Shown: one piece after another, positions 14,086 through 28,620 of the stretch
How the letters are laid out: each line of letters starts with the position of its first letter
Position numbering within the stretch: position 1 is the stretch's first letter
Source of the DNA: Octopus vulgaris
Taxonomy: Eukaryota
Reading direction: 5' to 3'
DNA: 64,000 nucleotides
Assembly (NCBI GenBank): GCA_951406725.2
Contig: OX597821.1
Location: 53,630,001-53,694,000 of the forward strand
Translations under genes and position numbers: made by a program
The notes under the pieces: model-generated
The model's input: only the letters and a program-made list of their open reading frames with translations
Database searches by the model: none
Told to the model about the DNA's origin: nothing

Positions 14086-15573
14086 ACTTCTAGTAATGTT
14101 TGTATGGTGATGCGCGTTTCATCAATTCTTTCTTCTTTTTGCACATGATGTAATTTATATTCTTTGCAGTTGTTCTTCTGGTAACTGGCACAGATTGGAT
14201 TTTAATGTTGTATATAATGATAATTTTCTGTGGTAGTAAGGGGTCGTTTCTTCTACGTTTCAACTGCTCACCGTTTTTATAAGTAATTTTTCTTCTTTCA
14301 CCGTTTTCCTTGCTTTATACTTTTTTCGCTTTGTTTTCTTCTTCATCTCCTTTGTCACACGACATTTTTATATCGTCCTAAATGGAAGGGACATGGTTTG
14401 GAAATCATTGTCTTTTTGTTCTGCTGCTGTTGCTGTTGTTGTTTAGGACGTTTTGTTGGCTATTCCGTGGCTCTTGTGAGCGGTGTTTCACTCGTTGCAT
14501 TTGTTGTTGTTGCTTTCATTGTTGGTATTGTTTCTATCACTGTTGCAATTGCTGTCGGTCTTCTTTCTCCCCACATCTGCTGTGATCTGAAAACTTCGAA
14601 ATTGCTTGTACCCGAACAAGTCGCACCTGGTGTTTCCTACTGCAATGTTCGCGAAGAGTTGAGTCCTCTGGCAGATTAGTCAAGGCCGGGATGGATTCTG
14701 CATGTTTTGATACTTTTGGATCAATAGTGCCTATTCGTTATTTCCTTCCAGTTGTTTTCAACCTGTTGATCTGTACCAACCAGAACCCAGGCAATTTCAC
14801 ATACGTAGAAATCAGTTGTAATTATAGAGAAGAAAAACGAAACCGCAAAGACTACGATACGGTTTTCATAAAGCTAAGTAATTGCCGCGTAGTTGCAAGG
14901 TTTTTCAGATCGGAAAGTAGTATCGAGCAGGGTCTATGACAACATATTATGTCATAAAATAGGAAATAGTTTTAAAAGATTGTCGATTCAAGTGAAATAT
15001 GTCAGTTCAATAGGGATTAATTGCAATAAAGGAGAATGTGTTTCAAAATACATGAGAAAATTAAATATATGTCTTTCCTTACCTTTTCACCAAACTACAG
15101 ATTTATAGGAATTGTGCATATACAAAGCAAATGCAGTAATAACTTAATTCCGAATTATTTCATTCACTCAAAAAGCGATAAACGTGAAATGAACACAGAA
15201 GTTTCAATTCAGGACATAAAGGAGAGCAGCTGAATAGTAAAATGAATTATGACCATAATTCTATATTTTCTGCAATTCTACATCGACCAAAATATTGGAA
15301 GGAACATATTGGTGAATGTTTGATTTAGAAGAGCGGGGATCGAAACATCTGTCAAGGAATACCCAACTGGCGTACACAGTTTTAAATATTCTGCTAATGA
15401 AAAAGCAAACATGGGTTGAAGACGGTTGCAATATAATTGATTCATAACATTGCTCGATCGTAACTGATCTGAACGAGCGATGAACATTCTTTGAAGCCTT
15501 GAAGTCGTAACTCTACTTCAAGGAAATAGTAGTAAAATATAATCACCATAAAACATACTATGAAATCTACTCC

Positions 15574-15611
<38 letters not shown>

Positions 15612-15620
15612 ATACCCAAA

Positions 15621-15923
15621 CCAACATGGTATCGCTACCGCACCCGTCCTATTGAACAGATTTGGCACCTGCAGAGTTCCATCACTTCTCCAAGATGAAA
15701 ATGCTGCTCAAACGTCGCCATTTTAACACCAGAGCGTATCGCAGAAGGTCCTCGACTGGCTTACGGAAAATGACCTCCGAGCAGGATTCCAAAAGTGACA
15801 AGAACGCTATGTGTATAGGTGACTATATGTGACTATTTCGAAGGGGATGATTTTAAAACTTAAATAAATAAGTTATTTTTATTAAACATATCTAGTCCTG
15901 GAATGCTTTGATACCACCTCGTA
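15621..15923 (+). mobile_element. mariner transposon 3' fragment
   Basis: LPHPSY*TDLAPAEFHHFSKMK (HPPYSPDLAP.DF motif), then DYFEGD, then a TIR-like end TTTGATACCACCTCGTA. Confidence 0.8.
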
Positions 15924-17407
15924 TCCCCTACTCATGCTGATGCTTATTTATCTCAGTGTCACTACCGTAAACTCTTACCATTCTGTGAAAGCTAGCTTTT
16001 AACTAACTCTATGTACACTCGTGGTACAAAAATGTTTATCATACAGTTTATAGTTCGGATTTATCTCACCACAGACTGGTACTGAAGAAATAGTAAAAGT
16101 AGAAGAGCAATAGCTTTTGAAATAGACAGGTATAAATGCGCCTTACACACAATCGCAGTCTTCTGAATGACTCTGCATCTGCAAGTTTCTTCCAAAATTA
16201 GCAGTCTGAAGATATACAATGAAAACATCGACAACTAGCGTTCGAGACTAAGAAAAACCTCAATCTTCATTCCACATCCTCTTCAAATAAATATAATCAA
16301 TGGCCGCGCCAGAATGTATAAAATATATAATTATATAACAATAATGATATAGTTTTTTAGATGATATACATCTAATAAATTATCTTTATCGAAAGATTAT
16401 ATTAGAGAGTTTGAGGATAAAGCATTTATTTTTCTGCGTGTATAGTCAAAATGGCAACAATTAACTAAAGTTTTCTGTCTAGATCTGCGCCATGTTTTAT
16501 ATTCCAAGATAACAGTTATTCACATACAGAATCGATGCTCCGCTTCACAGAATTCTATGTACGGGCTAATACTAACGATTAGTTTGAATGATAGTTGCAG
16601 ATTCCACCTGTGTCTTTATTTCGCAATAAATCATTGTACTTCACCTTATATTCCTTCTTACTTGCTTAAATATATTCATATAGTTAACTAGTGTCAGGCA
16701 CAATCATTTCTTTTTATTCTTAGGCATTTTCTTAGAAGTTATTTGCATTGGCAAGAAAAGTATCATAGTTAAATAATTTGATGCTGATGTATATTATTTT
16801 GTTGATCTCTCTGACACTCATAGTTCCATGGAGTCCACGTAGATTCTATTTAATAGATAGTTTACAGTGGCAACAAGAGTTTATGTATTTTGAAAGATAA
16901 TAAGTCAATACTAAAGAGCAATTTTATTTGACGTAAGAGAAAGGACATTTTTTTAAAGAGGCTTAACAATATTGGATATATGTGGGTGTGAGTGAGAGAG
17001 AGAGACAAAGGGAAGAGAGAGAAAAAATGATAGCTGAGAAGAGAGAAGAAAAATAATTTAAAATGTCACCAACTCTTCAAGGATCGATGTCCAGAAATAA
17101 ATCCATACATAAAAGGAAATATCTTGTTTGATATCTGTTCTACTGAAACAGCAAAGAGATGGTTTCATCGACTACTAAAATATATATCTAATTCATATTC
17201 AAAGATCATCGACACGAACGACTGAAGAATAAATTGCCATCTTAAGTACCTTTATGAGTTAATTATATTTCAAACATTTTTAGAACGATAGTTTTCAAAT
17301 ATCACTTATTTATTTCCAACAAAGATTTTTCGCAAATTGGTTTCCTTCCAAATATATGACAATTAAATACATACATACGTAAATACGTACACACACACTC
17401 ATATATA

Positions 17408-17454
<47 letters not shown>

Positions 17455-18026
17455 GTATATGTTTGTGTGAGTGTGTACATATTTGTGTATTGTGATTCTA
17501 ACTTCACCTTTCTCTTCTGTACTGCGTGTCATCACCCTGTATTTCTCTGTCACCTTTTACTAGTATTTCTTAGCTCACATTTAACGTCTTTAGATTTCAA
17601 TTATAGCTCTATCTTCATGACCATATTGTATTGACATTATGACCATATCTCAGAATACTGAGTACCCCTATTACTAATTCTTCTCTCATACATCCGACTC
17701 ACGACTTACAATTATTATCCATGTCGCTTATATTTTTCTCACTGGATGAGTGACGAGAAACGTGAGAAAATGGGAAGTGGATTTAGACATGACATGGAAA
17801 GAACTGCCTTTCTTGCATTGGAGCCATGAAAATGTATCCAGCACGCTCCATAAATTGATTAGTGTTGGGAAGGATATCAAGCGTAGAAATCAAACTGATG
17901 ATGCATCAGAGGAGTTTCATGCAGTCTTAAGACCCGAATAGGTAAACAGTATTTTTGCATACGTGTTAATTCCGAACGTATCAAACCGTCTCAACCATGC
18001 CCATACATACACACACCAAAACATAA

Positions 18027-18084
<58 letters not shown>

Positions 18085-18200
18085 TTACATACATATATAT
18101 ATGTTTGTGTATACATACATATATACATACACACATATATATATATGTATATATATATATGTATATATATGTATGTATATATATATACATATATATATAC

Positions 18201-18233
<33 letters not shown>

Positions 18234-18276
18234 CATATATATATGTATATACATATATTCATATATATATATATAT

Positions 18277-18326
<50 letters not shown>

Positions 18327-19159
18327 GTACACACACGCCATACATGCCATATGCATCCTTGGTGAGAGAAATTGATTTTATCAAGTGCAACTTTCTTCCT
18401 GCCTGGTTTACCGAGGTATTCTACAAAGGCAGCTACAACAAATACAACCACATACTAAAGATGTCCTACTTTACTCTAGTTCTCTGGTTTGTATCGAAAG
18501 CAGAAATGCATGGACGAAATTATTGTAAAGATCAACATGTTTATGCTAATTCATACCATATCCTCAAAACTCATGCACAAAACCCGACAATGATTGCTAA
18601 GAAAAACATTTTCTTCATGTCATGCTTTTAAAATATATCAAAATATTTGTTGAGAAACTGAAATAGCTTTCCTAGAGAATGAATCAATACATTTTGTCGT
18701 GTTACCTTTTTACGCTCTTTCATAGCTTTTATAAAAGTGAATCAATCTTCTACTACATCTTCCTTCTGTTGTCCAAACACACACACACACACACACACAC
18801 ACAAAGGTAAAACATTCGAGTTTTTATTTTTATGTCGAGACGGTACAAATTCCAAGTTTCCCAACCATATAGGCACGTGGATATGGCAACAATTGGTCTT
18901 CATACTCGAAGTAAATTCTTTGTTTTTGAATACACGTTATTTTTCATTGATGAACAGAAGCTCTGCATCGTGCAAAAAGAGAAAACCATTTTCATCAAGT
19001 GAATACAGGTAAGAATTAAACATTGTGAATACCTCAAGAAAGTACATAGTGCTATATGACTCTACCGACCCAAATTTGTTAGAATTAATATAAATATCTA
19101 CATATGTGTGATTGTGTTTTTGCGAGTGCGTGTATATATGTATATATGTATGTATAAAC

Positions 19160-19375
19160 TTTTTTTTCTTTTATTTGTTTCAGCCATTAGTCTGCGGCCA
19201 TGCTGGAACGCTACCGTGGAGAATTTCAGTCAAATGAATCAAATCCAATTATTATTTCTTAAAGTTTGGTACTTCATCTCAAGGCCGAACCACTAAGTTC
19301 CAGAACGTAAACACAACACAGGCTGTCAATCGGTGCTGGAGGGGTGGGGTAGAACAGACTTAAACATACACACAG
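19160..19375 (-). mobile_element. Group A SINE 3' half
   Basis: GTTTCAGCCATTAGTCTGCGGCCATGCTGGA tail and CCGAACCACTAAGTT body, as in other copies. Confidence 0.7.
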
Positions 19376-19782
19376 ACGAGCGAGCGCGTACGTACGCACA
19401 CATATACAGACACACATGTTCATTGGTTGATTTCTCCACTCACGCTTTTCCTCCTGGAGAATGAGAGACGATGAGTAGAGAGACAGTAAAGGTGAGATAC
19501 AGAGAGACAGCATACGACGTAATGTTAAGTGTCTTTAAGTTCCTGAAAAATATACTTTTGCCAAAGCTGATTTTCGATTGCTCTTATTTTATATACCGAC
19601 ATATTTCTACAACATATTTATACAATTATACAATTTGCGAAAGTTGTTTATTTACATTTATCTTGAGGTAATAAATAGTATTTTTAGAAAATTAGTGTAC
19701 ATTTAATGATTTGAGTTAGAAATTTTATAAGAGTTACGTTATAATTATTGTAAGATATATTTCATACTGTCTACCAACCTAC

Positions 19783-19950
19783 ATACTAACCTACCTACCT
19801 ACCTACCTACCTACCTACCTACCTACCTACCTACCTACCTACCTACCTACCTACCTACCTACCTACCTACCTACTTACCTACCTACCTACATACATACAT
19901 AATACATACATAATACATACATAATACATACATACATACATACATACATA
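19783..19950. repeat. (CTAC)n/(CATA)n tetranucleotide microsatellite
   Basis: Directly visible. Confidence 0.95.
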
Positions 19951-20046
19951 GGGTGATATACACTTCCATACAGAAAACCATTTTCTGACTAGAAAATACT
20001 CATATAAGAATTTATTAACTAAGGATACCTATCTACCTACATACAT

Positions 20047-20707
20047 GATGGCTGCACCCTCGTTATCTAGTATAGCCATTGCACGAAGCTGAACTGCTGT
20101 TGGTTCTGTGATCGAATGTGACTTTTGTTTGCTTTTTAAGGCTACAGCCAGCCATTCAGTTGAGACTCACAGCACCATCAACAATCATGAACAATGTTGT
20201 TATCATGCAATGCCTGTGCAAGAAGATTTTTTTAAAGTGAGGAAAGGCTGTGCACTGAGCCAATCCCACTCACTAAGCAACATCAACTATAATCCGAAAA
20301 GAAGAACAAGTCAACAACATCGGCAACCACTGAGCTGCAGGTTTTATGTCGGAGTTATCCCAGTTACCTGAGTTACCTTCTCATAGAAGGATGCCCTAAC
20401 AAAGGCTAGGAGTTCTTCACTCCCAATGATTTAACCGCGCGATCGGGTATTCAGTTCAATTATTTCTATGTCCCCGCGCATGATACAGACTTAAGCCTTA
20501 AGAAGAAAAAAAAACAGTTATTGGATGGCCGTTGACTCTCAAGAGTTCCTCCTCCCTTTGACGGGTTTTGCTTTTCATCCCGCAGGGTGTCCAATAAACA
20601 CTCTGCTCACCAAGCAAGCTTGGTGGGGTTGCCGGTTTAGTCGCCGACGGCCCGACTATGCAACAGGTCGTACTGGGTTACATGTTACCAGTAGCACTCG
20701 AAAGTGA
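20047..20707 (-). mobile_element. Probable RTE-derived non-coding fragments (UTR-like)
   Basis: GC-richer block between (CATA)n tracts. CCTTCTCATAGAAGGATGCCCTAACAAAGGCT resembles RTE 5' UTR motifs. No ORF. Assignment from recollection only. Confidence 0.35.
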
Positions 20708-21307
20708 CATACATACATAGGGTGATATACACTTCCATACAGAAAACCGTTTCCTGACTAGAAGCAAGTTTGGCTTTGAAAATAGAGAACCTACTGCAGA
20801 TGTTGCAAACATTTTCCGTCGGAAGAGTGCCTGGGCTTGAAATCAACTTTTGTTTACAAAGTACCATCCACGATGGATTGCTCAGTTTTCCATGTTTCAA
20901 AAGTTTTAGAATCGATGTAAATCACTTCTTTCCAGACCTATAGATCTTCTCGTCATCTGCTTCAAATGTTCCTCAACGCTCAAATGGCATGCTTCAGAAG
21001 TTTCTCACGGTTGTGTCTCGTTAGTTCACTATGTTACAACTCCCCGTAAAACAACAGCGTAGGTAACCTGTCATCATGCATCCTACTAAAGCGCTCAACC
21101 CAGCGCGTTTCATTGCGTATGAGGAGCATTTTAATACCGCGTATGCTATCGGTGTCTAATATGAGGGACTGCCATTTCAAACTCCTAAAGCAACTCTGAT
21201 ACAATATTTCCAAATCTTTGATATGACGATGATATTTTCTTCAAGTCACAGTAGAATATAAACGGGCACTTAAGACACACAAATTATAGACGCTGAGCTT
21301 TATGCAG

Positions 21308-21515
21308 CATGCTGGCAGAGTCGTTACTGCGCCAGGAAAATTGCTCAGCAACATTCCGTCTGCTTTTACGTTCTGAGTTGAAATTCCGCCATGCTCGATT
21401 ATGCATTTCATCCTTTCAGGTTCGATAAAGTAAGTCCCAGTTGAGCACTGGGTTCGTTGGAATCGACTTATCACCACTACTGAAATTGCTGACATCGTGC
21501 CAAAATTTGAAACCA
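21308..21515 (+). mobile_element. tRNA-derived SINE (group B)
   Basis: GCTGGCAGAGTCGTTA head, TTCTGAGTTGAAATTCCGCC and TTTCATCCTTTCAGGTTCGATAAA. Homologous to 28430, 33788 and 52894. Confidence 0.8.
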
Positions 21516-22079
21516 ATAATTATCAGGTATTTAGTTGCAAAGAGATGAGGACAGGGGATATGGAAAGCAAGAAATTACGACTAATCTAATTAGTTTTTGC
21601 GGTAGATTCTCACAAAACAGCTCTTAGTTGTGCCGAAACGTTTACAACATCGAACAACGTTTCTAGTCATTCAATAACCATCAATTGCTAATTCAAATTT
21701 AATTTACTTCAAGTAGTGTTAAAATGCTTGTCGCAAAACTGCAAATTAGTCGCTGGCAGAAACAGTGCATTAGTGGCCATGTCACAGATCTGGTACGAAA
21801 GATTTGACACCTAATTAGATAAAATGAATTTAACGTGAAATTAAAGTGCAAAAATTTACTTTATACAACATTGCATTTCAAACAAAATCTATACGGAGAT
21901 TCGCATAGCGTTCAAACAACTGAACCAATAGAAAAGGTAGGCTTTGCTAAATATTTAATTTTGTCAAGTAAGAAGTTTTCTTAAAATTATATTTTTCACG
22001 CCGGACGGAAACCAATTTTGCGTTCACCATTCTTCAAATTTCGCAAATAGAGATCAACGGATAGGACATTATTTCACTG

Positions 22080-22122
<43 letters not shown>

Positions 22123-22144
22123 CTCTCTCTCTCTCTTTCTCTCT

Positions 22145-22299
22145 GCGTAGGTGTGTAGTAAGAAGCTTGCCTCTCCCAACGACATGGTTCCGGGTTTAAT
22201 CTCACTGAGCGGCACTTTGAGCAAACATCTACTATAGCAACAGGTCGAACAAAGACCAGTGAGTGGATTTGGTGGACGGAAATTGAAAGAAGTCCATCG

Positions 22300-22344
<45 letters not shown>

Positions 22345-22598
22345 GTGTGTGTATTTACACGTGTGTATTTTGTGTCTGTATTTGTAACCACCATCACCAC
22401 CATCGCTTGACAACCGACGTTGGTGTGCTTATGTGAAAGTAACTTAGTGGTTCGGGAAAAGAGACTGACAGAATAAGTACTAGGTTTACAAAGAATAGAT
22501 CCCGGGGTCGATTTATTCGACTAATTCTCCTCTCAGGTGGTGTTCCAGTATGGCTGCAGTTAAATGCCTGAAACAATTAAAATAAGAAATATAAAAGA
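22145..22598 (+). mobile_element. Group A SINE, near full length
   Basis: Head, internal (TA)n and the tail GGTGGTGTTCCAGTATGGCTGCAGTTAAATGCCTGAAACAA. Confidence 0.9.
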
Positions 22599-22617
22599 AT
22601 ATATGTATATATGCGAA

Positions 22618-22651
<34 letters not shown>

Positions 22652-23249
22652 AGTGTTTAACACATCTATCCCGATACCCTTATATATACGCATGTATGAA
22701 TGTACACATATAAGTGTGTACGTTCGCGTGTACTTAACAGACCTTATTATTTTTATTTTAAATAATCTTCAAAGATATTTTTTAAGGAAACAAAGCTCTT
22801 AGCATGAAATTTCTGTGAAACCATTATTCCAACTCTATATTTAATGTACTAAGTATTATATATTGATTGTGATTGACATTGCTGTTAGTGCCAGGAAGTT
22901 TGTATTCGGTGTATGTGTGTGTGTGCATGTGTGTGTGCATGTGTGTGTGCATGTGTGTGTGCCTGTGTGTGTGTACATCTGTGCGTCTGTCTGTGTATCC
23001 CTATGCAAATAGGAACTTAAACATGCAGCGAAAACAGAAAAGCATAACAACATGAAAAGAATAAAATACATAAATTACATAAACACATTAAACACACACA
23101 CACACACACACATACATACACATGTACGTATGTATGTTCTTTCTTGTTTGTTTTTGTATATTCTCACCAATTCAGAAAATATCGGTTTGTAATCTAGAAA
23201 GGAATAAATTTTATACGTCATTAAGCGTACGAATATTGTATGCATATGC

Positions 23250-23299
<50 letters not shown>

Positions 23300-23309
23300 T
23301 CATTATATG

Positions 23310-23672
23310 CTCTTTCACTCTTATATTTGTTTCAGTCATTTGACTGCGGCCATGCTGGAGCACCGCCTTTAGTCGAGCAAATCGACCCCAGGACTTATTC
23401 TTTGTAAGCCTAGTACTTGCACTTTCGGTTTCTTTTGCCGAACCGCTAAGTTACGGGAGCGTAAACTCACCAGCATCGTTGTTAAGCGATGGTGGGAGAA
23501 CAAACACAGATACACAAACATACACACACATATATACGACAGGCTTCTTTCAGTATCCGCATACCAAATCCACACACGTCTTTGGTCGGCCCGAAGCTAT
23601 AATACAAGACATTTGCCCAAGGTGCCACGTAGTGAGGTTGAACCCTAGACCATGTGGTTGGTAAGCAAGCTA
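23310..23672 (-). mobile_element. Group A SINE lacking the first ~25 nt of its head
   Basis: Reverse complement of the 22145 family. The head is cut at TAGCTTGCTTACCAACC, where the adjacent ORF1-type element ends. Confidence 0.9.
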
Positions 23673-25130
23673 CTTTATTTCATTAAGATTTGCCATAAAG
23701 AGCAGCTTGCAGGCTGGACATATACATTGATGAGGTGAATGATGAAACAAGGATGATATTGATGAGAGAAGGTAGAAAACGCTTCTCAAAAACGTTCTTT
23801 TTTTTCCCAAAGTTTTTACAATTATTGGACTTAATAGTCCATTACAAGTATATACAATAAATTATTCAATATACACACAATCTACAAGATCAATCCTCCT
23901 CATCGGAGCCCCCAAGCGAATGACCCGCTGCCTGCAGGAATCGGCAGGTTGGGGCCCGGAAAGAGGCAAGCAAAATCTTCCTTATTACTGGTCACCATAG
24001 CCTCGAACAGCTCCTTTTGACTCATGACCTCCGAAGCCATCTGCGGAGGCCAGCCTGGACAGTCGTTACAGACCGAGTCCAATCGTTCTCGGCCTGGGGG
24101 ACCGTCCAAGCACTTCTTGACAGGCCCTCCCCTGAGATAGAAAACGACAAAACCCACTGACAGAGCCTCTCGCTCTGGTGACACACCTACCAGAGGAGGA
24201 GCATTGGGTTCGGACGGCGGCACAGCGTCATCCGCCGTCCGTCTCCCGTTTCTCTGCCTTCTCTTTTTCCTTCCTATAGTTGAGGGAGATCGAGTCTCCA
24301 CCGGCACAACCGGGTGGGGTCCTTCTTCTCTTCCTCAATTTGCGTGTCTGTTGGTGAGCAACAATGGTTGCACACCTTTCTTTTCTTTCTCGTTGAAGCC
24401 CGTGCCTCAACGACTTCCTCCGTTTCTCCCTGCAATGGGAGAGCGGAGGGTACCTTCACCTTTCCCCGCTCCTGGACCTTAGCACGGCCCCGGGGGCAGT
24501 CCTTCTTCATATGGCCTGACTCCAGGCACGAGCGAAACTTGGGGGTGCGGCGACCCTCAATTATCACTGTATTACTGGATACCTTGAGCCATACATTTTC
24601 AAAAAGTCATGGAAAGTCATTTCACCCGCGGCCACTGGGGTTCATAGGGTCAAAGTCGCATTTGCACCCTCGCAGTCGACCGCAGGCTTAATCTCTATAT
24701 TTAAGAGCCTGGGCCCGCTATCCCTCAGGCCCCGCCGGATGGCATCTGCAATCCACTCCGCTTTGGTGCCCGGGGCAGGCCACATACCCAGGACCTTATC
24801 ACCTCCTTTCCACGATATGTGAGAAGAAATAAAGTCTCCTCCCTCTCCAGGGGCTGGCCTGCCACAGTGCAAGCCTCCCCAGGGGCGTATTTGACGGCTC
24901 TGGTTACATAATAATTTTTGGGTGGCAAACATTTTGCCATCTCTTTATTAATGATATCCTTGTCGAAGAGGGCGATAGCGTCACACGACCTAGCATAGGT
25001 CCGTTGTACCACCGTCCTCCTCTCAAGGTTTATAATTCATTGCTTAGTTGGAATAACGTTCCACTCTAAGGCACTTTTTATATTTGCCATGTTAAAAATC
25101 AGTTCAAAAGAAGAAAGAAAGTCCAAATAA
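23673..25130 (-). mobile_element. L1/Tx1-type ORF1 (gag-like, zinc knuckle) element, degenerate, no ORF2 visible
   Basis: GC-rich block. ATG at 25090 (MANIKSALEWNVIP..) is in frame with ORF 24725-25012 apart from one stop. IIEGRRTPKFRSCLESGHMKKDCP is a decayed CCHC knuckle followed by a Lys/Glu-rich tail. The ORF ends ~23900, then a ~220-bp UTR ending in AATAAA. Confidence 0.65.
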
Positions 25131-28100
25131 ATTAACTGCTATTTTCGGTTGCATCTTGCGGTTCTAAAGACATCATTGTCTCTTTCGTTTATTAGAGATT
25201 TTATGGTAAACTTCTGCTCTTCAAATGCAAATGTATAGTATAATATCTGATGTGATGTAATTTTCATGAATCTAAGAAAGACTGCAATTTATGTTGATAC
25301 TGATTTCAAATTTCTGGCTGAGCGCACTGTATGATTATGCTAAGCAGCAACTGATATCATCTTCAAGTTCTAAGGAAACATGTCCATACATGTATTCTTT
25401 AGAATACATATATAGACAGGTATACTTTAGTGTATCCTGACCCAGCTGTTTGTGAGGTTGTGAGGAAGACAGTATTTCCTGAATAGCTTCCTGCTAACAT
25501 GAATAATATTGTCTTTTCTTTTCAACATTAGGTTTACGCATTTAGTTTTAGCTTTCCTTCTGCTCTTTAGTAGGTGCTGTCTGAGAAAATACTATACGAT
25601 ATCACATACTATTTACACTGATCACAAAACACTAATCTCTTCATCACTTTATACGTAGGGCCTATTGATATCACTGTCACTGTGGATGTTACATTTAGTG
25701 TCAGGATTTTGAGAGTTAATCTTACGGAGGGAATTTCCTCAACTGAGCTGCCAAATATCCCTAATGTTGGAATTTGTGTATTTATATATGTATGTATTGT
25801 ATATCTATGTTGGATATATGTCTTTAGAGTATATATGTCTTTAAGGGAATGCGTAACGCGTGATTCCTGTGATATTCTATTTATTCTCACGTATGATTTC
25901 GTTATTACTAAATTGGAAATTTCCGTTCTACACTTTTCAAATTGCATCAGCTCTAAGTTTTCAGTTAATCATTTCGGATGAATATAATCATTTCTGTCTT
26001 ATGGTTAACATTAAATACTCTAGCCAACAACAGTTGACTGAACTGATCTCAATAAACAGAATGTGCCTCTTGAATCGTCAACCTGATGAACAGCATGGTA
26101 GTCTGTCATCTATTTAAAATAAGTATCATTCTATCGCTCTCATGTCCAAAGTGTATTAGTGTAATATTTAATTAATAAGTGCAAAACAATTTTTTGGTTA
26201 TTGTAGTTTAGAAAATAATCTTGTTCTCGATATTTGAAAAGAGAGAATAAACCTCGATTTTTATACGACATAGAACCCTGTGTTCGCTCTCTCTTTAGCC
26301 GCGATAATCGGATTTGTTCTTGTAGAGAAAAACATTATTTCCTGTATTTTATACAGGGCACGTCTACAGTGTTGTTAACTACCATCTCTTTCTGGTTACG
26401 CATGCGCAATGACTTTAGGACAGGAAGGATAAAATAGGCTAAAATAATTTTAATACATTGGAAATAATTACCATTGTAATCTGTTCAGTGGCCTAATGAG
26501 AGGAGGAATAGAAAACATAATGACCGATTTTGCAACTTATGTAGTCTCGTTGGGAAATAGCGACGTGGTCTAGCAACAGAGAGAACTCTACTGAAAGCAC
26601 AGAATATACGAATTATGCAGAATAACATATTATGTTCAATACTCCTAAGATTAAGTTCAATACTCATTCTGTAAGACTAACGTCCCACATAGTCTTACAA
26701 CATTGCTTAACCTATGTAAAACACTTGATCAAAATGCCGTGTAGTGGGAACAATCCTGGAACTGCCTGATTGCACTTATTGCTCTTAAGTTGCCAGAAAC
26801 TGTCTTTATAATTTTTGGTCTATAGTGCTCGCTTACTGACTTACTAAGTATCTGTGATCTCACATATACAAAATAAACAATCTCCTATATTTTCCGCTCT
26901 AGAAGATACTCTAAAGGTGGCTATCAATTTTAATATTACAAAAATTAATTATATTAGTGACTTTGAAACAAGTACGTACACCTATTCTTGACAGAACCAA
27001 ACTACTGATGTGGGTTTCTAAAAGCATTTCAACTAGAATGATCTGAATTTGCCACGACTGCAATAAAACACTCGTTTATTTCATAAAGCATTCCTCTGTA
27101 CATAAATATTTTTAAATGAAGAGTTCTAACTTTGCTTTTCATCTTTTCGGGAATTGTAAAGCAAAAATATCTATCCAGGGAGATTAAATTATCTGAAATG
27201 TTAAAGGGCCGGACGAAATGCAGTGTGGTATAGTTTATGTCCATTTGCTTTCTAACAGCTGCATCAACGACGGAAATACCATCAGGATCTATTGGCCTCA
27301 AATCGGTGGCCTTTCTCTTCGACAACAATAGTGATTACTGTGAAAAGAAATAGGAGGGGAGACGGGCATACATGGACAACTACCAGTCTTCCATAACAAA
27401 AACTTATATCAATGCCTACTTATATAAACATGCAAACAGACAAATCGCTCTGACCGATAGATACCCTTAGAAAGAGTTTTAAATTCATGCTGGAGCTGCA
27501 TTGTAATTTTAATCTTTATATGTTGATATAAAACACAAGTAAAAACAACATAGTCTTTGTTTTTACTAATGTATCTTAAAATTTACAGTAAATGTAGCTA
27601 CGATGCTGTAGACGCTCAGTTATAAAATTTAAGCCTATTTTGAATCCAATATTTAAGCCTCTTTTGTCATTTAATGTTTCGCTATTAATTTTCTGTTCTT
27701 TTTGCATTATGAGGTCATCTCTGTTTCATTTTCTCACTTGTCAAACTTTTAGAAAACACTCTTGAGAAGTGAATAAAACAAACTACGAAAGCTTCTTTCT
27801 TTTCCCAGCCTTAATTTGTTCTTGTTAGTTGTTTTCCATATTTTAATTCTCTCCGTTTTCTTATTTTTAAGATAAAACCAGAAATTATTCCAGTTTAAAG
27901 CAAAAGTCATCTTTATTATTGTTTAGTGATTGAAACACATTTCCTTCAGAACTTTTGTATTTATAATAATTTGCTACACATAAAGTGTGAAGTTCCTGCA
28001 GTTTCAAAACACTTAGTGGACTAAGTTTTCTGTTGTTTGGTTTAAATCTATAATATTGTAATGGTTTCTTTATTGTGAAGTCGAAACAAGTAAAATATGA

Positions 28101-28429
28101 TGTCTAAATATTTGAAATATTATAAAACAAGCTACTTGAAGAGTAGGGTTACAGTTGGTGATATCAAGGATAGATGACGATAACTGAAAATGCGAATATG
28201 ATTATAAAAATTTAAGATAAGCATTTCAGATTGCCTACAATTAAATAATTTAGGATTGAGAAAATAGGTACCAGTAATATTATGTTAAGTAATTCAACTG
28301 GCTTCTCTAAGTGCAGATGAAAACCAGTTATATCAAACAATATCCAATTATAAAATGCAATTAATAATATAAATATATTATATATATAGATCCTATTATT
28401 TATTTTATTCTTTATTAATTTAAGGTGGC

Positions 28430-28620
28430 ATATTACTAGAATCGTTAACAGGCCGGGCCAAATGCTTTGTAGCATTTCTTTAGGTACTGAGCCCAAACTC
28501 CGCAGAGCGTGATTTGCCTTTCATCCTTTCGGGGTCGACGAAATAAGTAACAGTTCAGCACTGCACTGGGGGTCGGTGAAATGGACTAGCCCACTCACTT
28601 AAAATTTCAAATCTTGTGCT
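28430..28620 (+). mobile_element. Group B SINE, degraded
   Basis: AGAATCGTTAACAGGCCGGGC..TTGCCTTTCATCCTTTCGGGGTCGA. Confidence 0.75.

Noticed and set aside
14090-14900. Second gag-like ORF1 remnant on the minus strand
   Set aside because: Only a vague knuckle-like peptide (NTRCDLFG) across frameshifts; too weak.
17963-18631. 222-aa ORF and the many other YI/CV/HT/poly-I/poly-L ORFs
   Set aside because: They are translations of (TA)n, (TG)n and (ATT)n microsatellites that lack stops by construction.
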